A stretch of 32,000 nt of DNA, from positions 6,233 through 38,232 of the forward strand of contig JAWOFX010000033.1 of the NCBI GenBank assembly GCA_046497275.1, given 5' to 3'. The notes beneath the pieces are model-generated. The model searched no databases. It was not told where the DNA came from and saw only the letters and a program-made list of their open reading frames with translations. Below, piece by piece: positions 27,789 through 32,000 of the stretch. How positions within the stretch are numbered: position 1 is the first letter of the stretch; each line of letters starts with the position of its first letter. A program made the translations under genes and the position numbers. The DNA comes from Promethearchaeia archaeon. GTDB lineage: Archaea; Asgardarchaeota; Lokiarchaeia; Sigyniarchaeales; SOKP01.

Positions 27789-28660
27789 TAATATTTTCCT
27801 CTTGTTATTGGAATTAAGTCTCTTTCTATTAAATTAATGGCACCCTCTTCACATACCTCCTCACAGTTTCCACATCCATAGCATTTTTCGAGATCAATTT
27901 CAGGTCCGATCATTGGGTCATAAGTTAAAGCACCAAATTGACAGCGTCCAGAACATTCTCCACATTGAATGCAATTATTCAAATTTGCAATCGCAACATA
28001 ATGTCCTTTCCAACACGCATTAATGTCAAAATCAGTTCTTAATCTTATTGCTCCACATGTGGGTAATTCACAAGAACACACTGCTACAATAGCAGGTAAA
28101 GGTCCTGCCCAAATAGAATGAACATATCCCTTTTCAGACATAGATTCCAAAAAGTTTGCCGCTTTTTCTCCATCCATTACCTCTAAACCATTTTCCGGGA
28201 TGAATCGAGGTAATTTCGGAAGAACTTCCTTTAACGGAGAGAATCCTAAACAAGTTGCTTCTTTAATCCCTCCATTAAAATATTTACAAGGACATATTGC
28301 CCTTACAACTTCTTCTGCTTTTTCAAGTACTATTTGTTTAGTTTCCTCAAGGGTTATTATTTGCCCAAAGTGTCCTTGAGCAGCCTCCACATTTAGTCTC
28401 TGCGTTCTTCCATCTTTTATGAATCCTCTATTCGCATACCATTTAAGCATTCGTCCAAGAAATGGGGTATTCACATGTCTGCTTGTCCATTTAAGATTAA
28501 ATAACCCGTGAACTTTACGAGAATAAGCTCTTTCCATATTACCCCATAAATCTTCTAAATATTCAGAACAATTTGCCTCCTCAGCAGTTTCTTTAATATA
28601 ATTCTTAGCATTCATATACCATTTTCCATTCGCTCCATGTTTCATACACATCTGGCACAT
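27788..28660 (-). CDS. Cys-rich iron-sulfur protein with C-terminal 2x[4Fe-4S] domain
   Basis: N-terminal MCQMCMKHG, internal CPC, CLGF, CSCELPTC; C-terminal CIQCGECSGRCQF and CYGCGNCEEVC. Confidence 0.85.
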   Translation of the reverse strand: MCQMCMKHGANGKWYMNAKNYIKETAEEANCSEYLEDLWGNMERAYSRKVHGLFNLKWTSRHVNTPFLGRMLKWYANRGFIKDGRTQRLNVEAAQGHFGQIITLEETKQIVLEKAEEVVRAICPCKYFNGGIKEATCLGFSPLKEVLPKLPRFIPENGLEVMDGEKAANFLESMSEKGYVHSIWAGPLPAIVAVCSCELPTCGAIRLRTDFDINACWKGHYVAIANLNNCIQCGECSGRCQFGALTYDPMIGPEIDLEKCYGCGNCEEVCEEGAINLIERDLIPITRGKY

Positions 28661-28864
28661 AATTTCATCTAAAAGTATTAATTTGATTTAATCACTATTT
28701 ATAGAATAGTTCCAGTTGAATCTATAAAAAGATTTGCATTACTTCTAAAAATTTGAGAATTAAAAATTAAATAAAGTAATTGAGAAACCTAATCCAACAG
28801 CAAATTTTAGACGGATATTTCTCTCTTACGGGTTATTATTACTCGCAATATTATCTTACTGGCG

Positions 28865-29413
28865 CTATAATATAAAGACTGCAGCAGCAATAACCGTTGC
28901 CCATTCCTCTTCATTTTGAACTGTTGCGGAAGCTGTAATATTTTTTGTTTCAATAATTTTTCCATTCATTCGGAAGATTTCCTTTTTTTCATCATAATTT
29001 GCTTGGGGATCAAAATCGACACCGAGAGTAGATGCTAGCATTTCTGCGGCTAGATCTTCAGCGGTATCCCCTGCATTTTCGGGTTTTACACCGTATGTAT
29101 GATGTTCACTAAGATATCCATAATGACCTTTATCTGCGGGCTTAGCAACACCGATAGAAGCACAAATAAGGCGATTAAATTCATTTGAACTTGCTCTTGC
29201 CATTACAGTATAAACAATTTGTCCTGGACGCAATTGCTTTAAACCGTCTGTTCTTATTACTTCAATACAATATGGGGGAAAAATGGATGAAACTTGAACT
29301 AAATTAAATCTCTCAATTCCAGCATCTCGAAGGGCTTCTTCAAAAGAAGCAAGTTTAGATTGATGGAAACCTTTGCCTTTTACAAAAAATACTTTTTTTG
29401 GTACAAGTGACAT
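28865..29413 (-). CDS. pdaD: Pyruvoyl-dependent arginine decarboxylase
   Basis: SFEEALRDAGIERFNLVQVSSIFPP (Ser-Ser self-cleavage site), GYLSEHH, AEDLAAEMLASTLG, AAAVF. Confidence 0.93.
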   Translation of the reverse strand: MSLVPKKVFFVKGKGFHQSKLASFEEALRDAGIERFNLVQVSSIFPPYCIEVIRTDGLKQLRPGQIVYTVMARASSNEFNRLICASIGVAKPADKGHYGYLSEHHTYGVKPENAGDTAEDLAAEMLASTLGVDFDPQANYDEKKEIFRMNGKIIETKNITASATVQNEEEWATVIAAAVFIL

Positions 29414-29729
29414 GATATAAATACCTATGATAAAAAATTATTGATGATAATATATTTATTTTTCCTACAAATTTAAACTTAATCAAACCCACATCTTTTT
29501 ATGTAAATAAATCATATCTAAATAATTTATACATAACCCAAAACTTCAATCCAGTCATTATAATTTCCCAATAATTTAGATCAGCTCCTTAATATAAAAG
29601 GATTAATAATTCTATTAAATTTATATTTAAATTAGTAATTAAAGCTTAGATAACGAACTTATATATCGATATATTTAAATACTAAGGAAGGCTTTCTCCT
29701 AAAGAAAAATAAGTAAAAAAATATTTAAA

Positions 29730-30719
29730 ATGAATAGAGAAAATAAGAATGATTATTTGAGTAAGAAAATCGTTCCATTTGATATAAAACATGTGGGAAA
29801 TATAGAGGATTTATTGATCAAGCTTCAGAGTTGTGGATTTCAGGGTAGAAATCTAGGGAGAGCCTTAGAAATTCTCTATAAAATGGTTTCTAACGAAGGC
29901 ATTTTAACTGTTTTAACATTAAGTGGTGCAATGGTTCCAGCAGGCATGGGAGAAATCATTTGTACCCTAATGGAATATAATCTAATTGATGTATTGGTCT
30001 CCACCGGAGCAAATATCATCCACGATTTAGTCGATGTCTTCTCGGATGTTGGCCATTTTGTTGGAAGTTCAGAAGTTGATGATGAAGATTTATTTGAAAA
30101 CAGAATTAATCGTATTTATGATGTATTCCTTCCAGAAGAAAATTATAAAAAAGCTGAGGATGGCATATTTGAACTGATTCAATCTCTATTTCTTAATAAA
30201 GAAATTACAACAACGCCATCTGAACTTTTCTATAAACTCGGGAAAGAGATAAAAAAGCGTTCTATAATCTCAGTTGCGGCTGAACATGATATTCCTATAT
30301 TTATTCCTGCTTTTTCAGACTCTGAATTTGCTTTAAATTTAATTAAATATTCTGTGAGAGAGGGATATCACTTTCAGTTCGACATTTTAAAGGACGTTCT
30401 TAAATTCGCAGATATTATTCGTAATTCAAAAGAGTACGGAACAATTATTATTGGAGGTGGAGTTCCTCGAAATTGGGCTCAACAAATCTTTCCGCTACTA
30501 GATCAATTAGATAAGATTGAAACAATGGGCTATAATTATTCTGTTCGAATCCATACAGCGGCAGAATATGATGGTGGATTATCTGGATGCACAATTTCAG
30601 AATCAAAATCATGGGGTAAATATTCTTTAGATTCTAGATATGTGAGTGTGTGGTGTGATGCAACTATTGCTTTACCTATTTTAATAACGGGGCTACTAGA
30701 AAGACTTAAGTTAATTTAA
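29730..30719 (+). CDS. Deoxyhypusine synthase family protein (DHS / homospermidine synthase-like)
   Basis: GFQGRNLG, TLSGAMVPAGM, STGANIIHD, RINRIYDV, IPAFSDSE, GGGVPRNW, DGGLSG and SWGK with the catalytic Lys, CDATIALP. Confidence 0.9.
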   Translation: MNRENKNDYLSKKIVPFDIKHVGNIEDLLIKLQSCGFQGRNLGRALEILYKMVSNEGILTVLTLSGAMVPAGMGEIICTLMEYNLIDVLVSTGANIIHDLVDVFSDVGHFVGSSEVDDEDLFENRINRIYDVFLPEENYKKAEDGIFELIQSLFLNKEITTTPSELFYKLGKEIKKRSIISVAAEHDIPIFIPAFSDSEFALNLIKYSVREGYHFQFDILKDVLKFADIIRNSKEYGTIIIGGGVPRNWAQQIFPLLDQLDKIETMGYNYSVRIHTAAEYDGGLSGCTISESKSWGKYSLDSRYVSVWCDATIALPILITGLLERLKLI

Positions 30720-30799
30720 TACTATCTTTATAATTGAATTGTCTATTTGGTTAAATGAGAAAAATTATAGATTAAAGAAAAAAATTAGTTTGAGAATTT

Positions 30800-31999
30800 T
30801 TAATATCTCTTATTTAATTTTTCAAGTTTTCTAGTCCTTCTTTTTATTTTTTTATCTAATTCTTCTAATGCAACTTTAACAGCGAAATCATAAGGAGGCA
30901 TATTTTTTTCAGCAGCGCCCTGAATTACTTCTAAAGCTTTATTACTGATTTTTTGTTTAATGAAATCAAAGATCTCCTCGGGATTTTTAGCAACCTTATT
31001 TACCCAAATGGCTAAAATTTCACCCGCATTTGCTACGAAATCGGGAAATGCAATTATCTCTTTTTCCTTGAGTTTCTCAAAAATACCTTCTTCATATGGA
31101 ATATTAGCCGCCGGAACAATTGCTATTGCATCAATATTATCAATATTCTGATTATTAATAACATCTGGTCTAGCACCAGGAATAATAAAATCAGTATGAT
31201 AATCTGAAGATAATTCAAAAAGTTTTTCTTTCTCAATCTCAATCAAATCTTTGCTTTCATAATGATGTACTAAATTGTCTCCATATTCTTTTTTAAGTTT
31301 CAAAAGCTTTTCTATATCTAAACCATTTTCATCAAATATAGCACCTTTAATGGTAGAAAGCCCCGTTAAATCAAACCCAATTTCATTAAGACTCATACCC
31401 ATCGCGGTTCCAACTTTTCCAAACCCTTCTAAGATAACCTTTGGTTTTTTACTTTTATCTCTTTTTCTAGCAGATAACTTATCCAAATTATTATAAATGA
31501 CTTCCAAACAATATACTACTCCATATCCAGTAAATAGTTCCTCAACAGGGACACCATTTTTATACATATTTAATTTATTAGGAGCTAAATTAGGTGCTCC
31601 AATAACCTTAAATATCTTCAATAAATCATCGTCATTAGTGCCCATATCAGGACCGGGGTAGTAAAAATCATTTTTTATGAACGGTTCAATTTGTTTAGCA
31701 AATCCTGTCAATAAAATATTTTTTTCTTTTTCGTTGGTAGGATCTCCCCAAATTCCCGCTTTTGCTCCACCAGTCTTCATCTTATAAGAACAAAATTTTA
31801 AACTCATAGCTCTCGCAAGTCTAATCATTTCATCTAATTCTATATCAGGGAGTAATCTAATTCCACCCGCAGGAATTCCATACGCTGAATTATCAATCAC
31901 TAGAGCTGCTTTTAATCCAATTGAAGGATTATTGATATTGATAATCTTTTCGGGTCCATACTCATCAAAAAGTGAATAATCTTTAATATTAAATTTCAT
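30800..31999 (-). CDS. Glu/Leu/Phe/Val dehydrogenase family protein
   Basis: GGIR, RLARAMSLK, GGAKAGI, PGPDMGT, TGYGV, EGFGKVG Rossmann motif, PAAN, PDFVANAG. ATG lies at the window edge. Confidence 0.9.
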   Translation of the reverse strand: MKFNIKDYSLFDEYGPEKIININNPSIGLKAALVIDNSAYGIPAGGIRLLPDIELDEMIRLARAMSLKFCSYKMKTGGAKAGIWGDPTNEKEKNILLTGFAKQIEPFIKNDFYYPGPDMGTNDDDLLKIFKVIGAPNLAPNKLNMYKNGVPVEELFTGYGVVYCLEVIYNNLDKLSARKRDKSKKPKVILEGFGKVGTAMGMSLNEIGFDLTGLSTIKGAIFDENGLDIEKLLKLKKEYGDNLVHHYESKDLIEIEKEKLFELSSDYHTDFIIPGARPDVINNQNIDNIDAIAIVPAANIPYEEGIFEKLKEKEIIAFPDFVANAGEILAIWVNKVAKNPEEIFDFIKQKISNKALEVIQGAAEKNMPPYDFAVKVALEELDKKIKRRTRKLEKLNKRY

Positions 32000-32000
32000 T

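Noticed and set aside
27555-28865. Possible selenoprotein or SECIS associated with the Fe-S genes
   Set aside because: The Fe-S ORFs are complete with TAA stops and no in-frame TGA, and the nearby hairpin lacks an AUGA/GA core.
16480-31496. Remaining short overlapping ORFs (16480, 17119, 19850, 20151, 21371, 21444, 21631, 23302, 26465, 30960, 31275)
   Set aside because: All lie within, or almost entirely within, better-supported CDSs and lack coding signatures.
1-32000. tRNA, rRNA, CRISPR array, IS element, integrase or provirus
   Set aside because: No GC-rich cloverleaf or rRNA-like segment, no regularly spaced repeats and no transposase or recombinase motifs were seen by eye. A tRNAscan or Infernal run would be the definitive check.

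Overview
AT-rich, gene-dense archaeal chromosomal window, most consistent with an Asgard archaeon of the Lokiarchaeia type. This is inferred from archaeal information-processing genes, a gelsolin-like protein, a Fae-Hps fusion and Loki-style hypothetical proteins; it was not checked by phylogeny. Positions 1-10.5 kb are core housekeeping: mre11-rad50, rpoE'/spt4, DUF359 dephospho-CoA kinase, rps24e, rps27ae, kae1, bud32, an RHH regulator, and a minus-strand cluster rps6e-rpl24e-rpoN-rpl7ae-rps28e. Positions 10.8-32 kb are mixed metabolic and accessory genes: gelsolin-like protein, B12 radical SAM, Fae-Hps, a wHTH/long-helical/PLD-like protein, acid phosphatase, GH2, a surface protein paired with a membrane-tethered wHTH regulator, nitroreductase, M24 hydrolase, EndoV, GH57 branching enzyme, a Fe-S/ferredoxin/DUF4125 operon, PdaD, a DHS-like enzyme and an amino acid dehydrogenase. 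I saw no rRNA, tRNA, CRISPR array, integrase or transposase. Corrections to the ORF track: Rad50 starts about 70 codons earlier at an apparent CTG, and a 59-aa Cys-rich ORF at 9314-9493 was missed. All family calls come from motif recognition by eye, without database searches.
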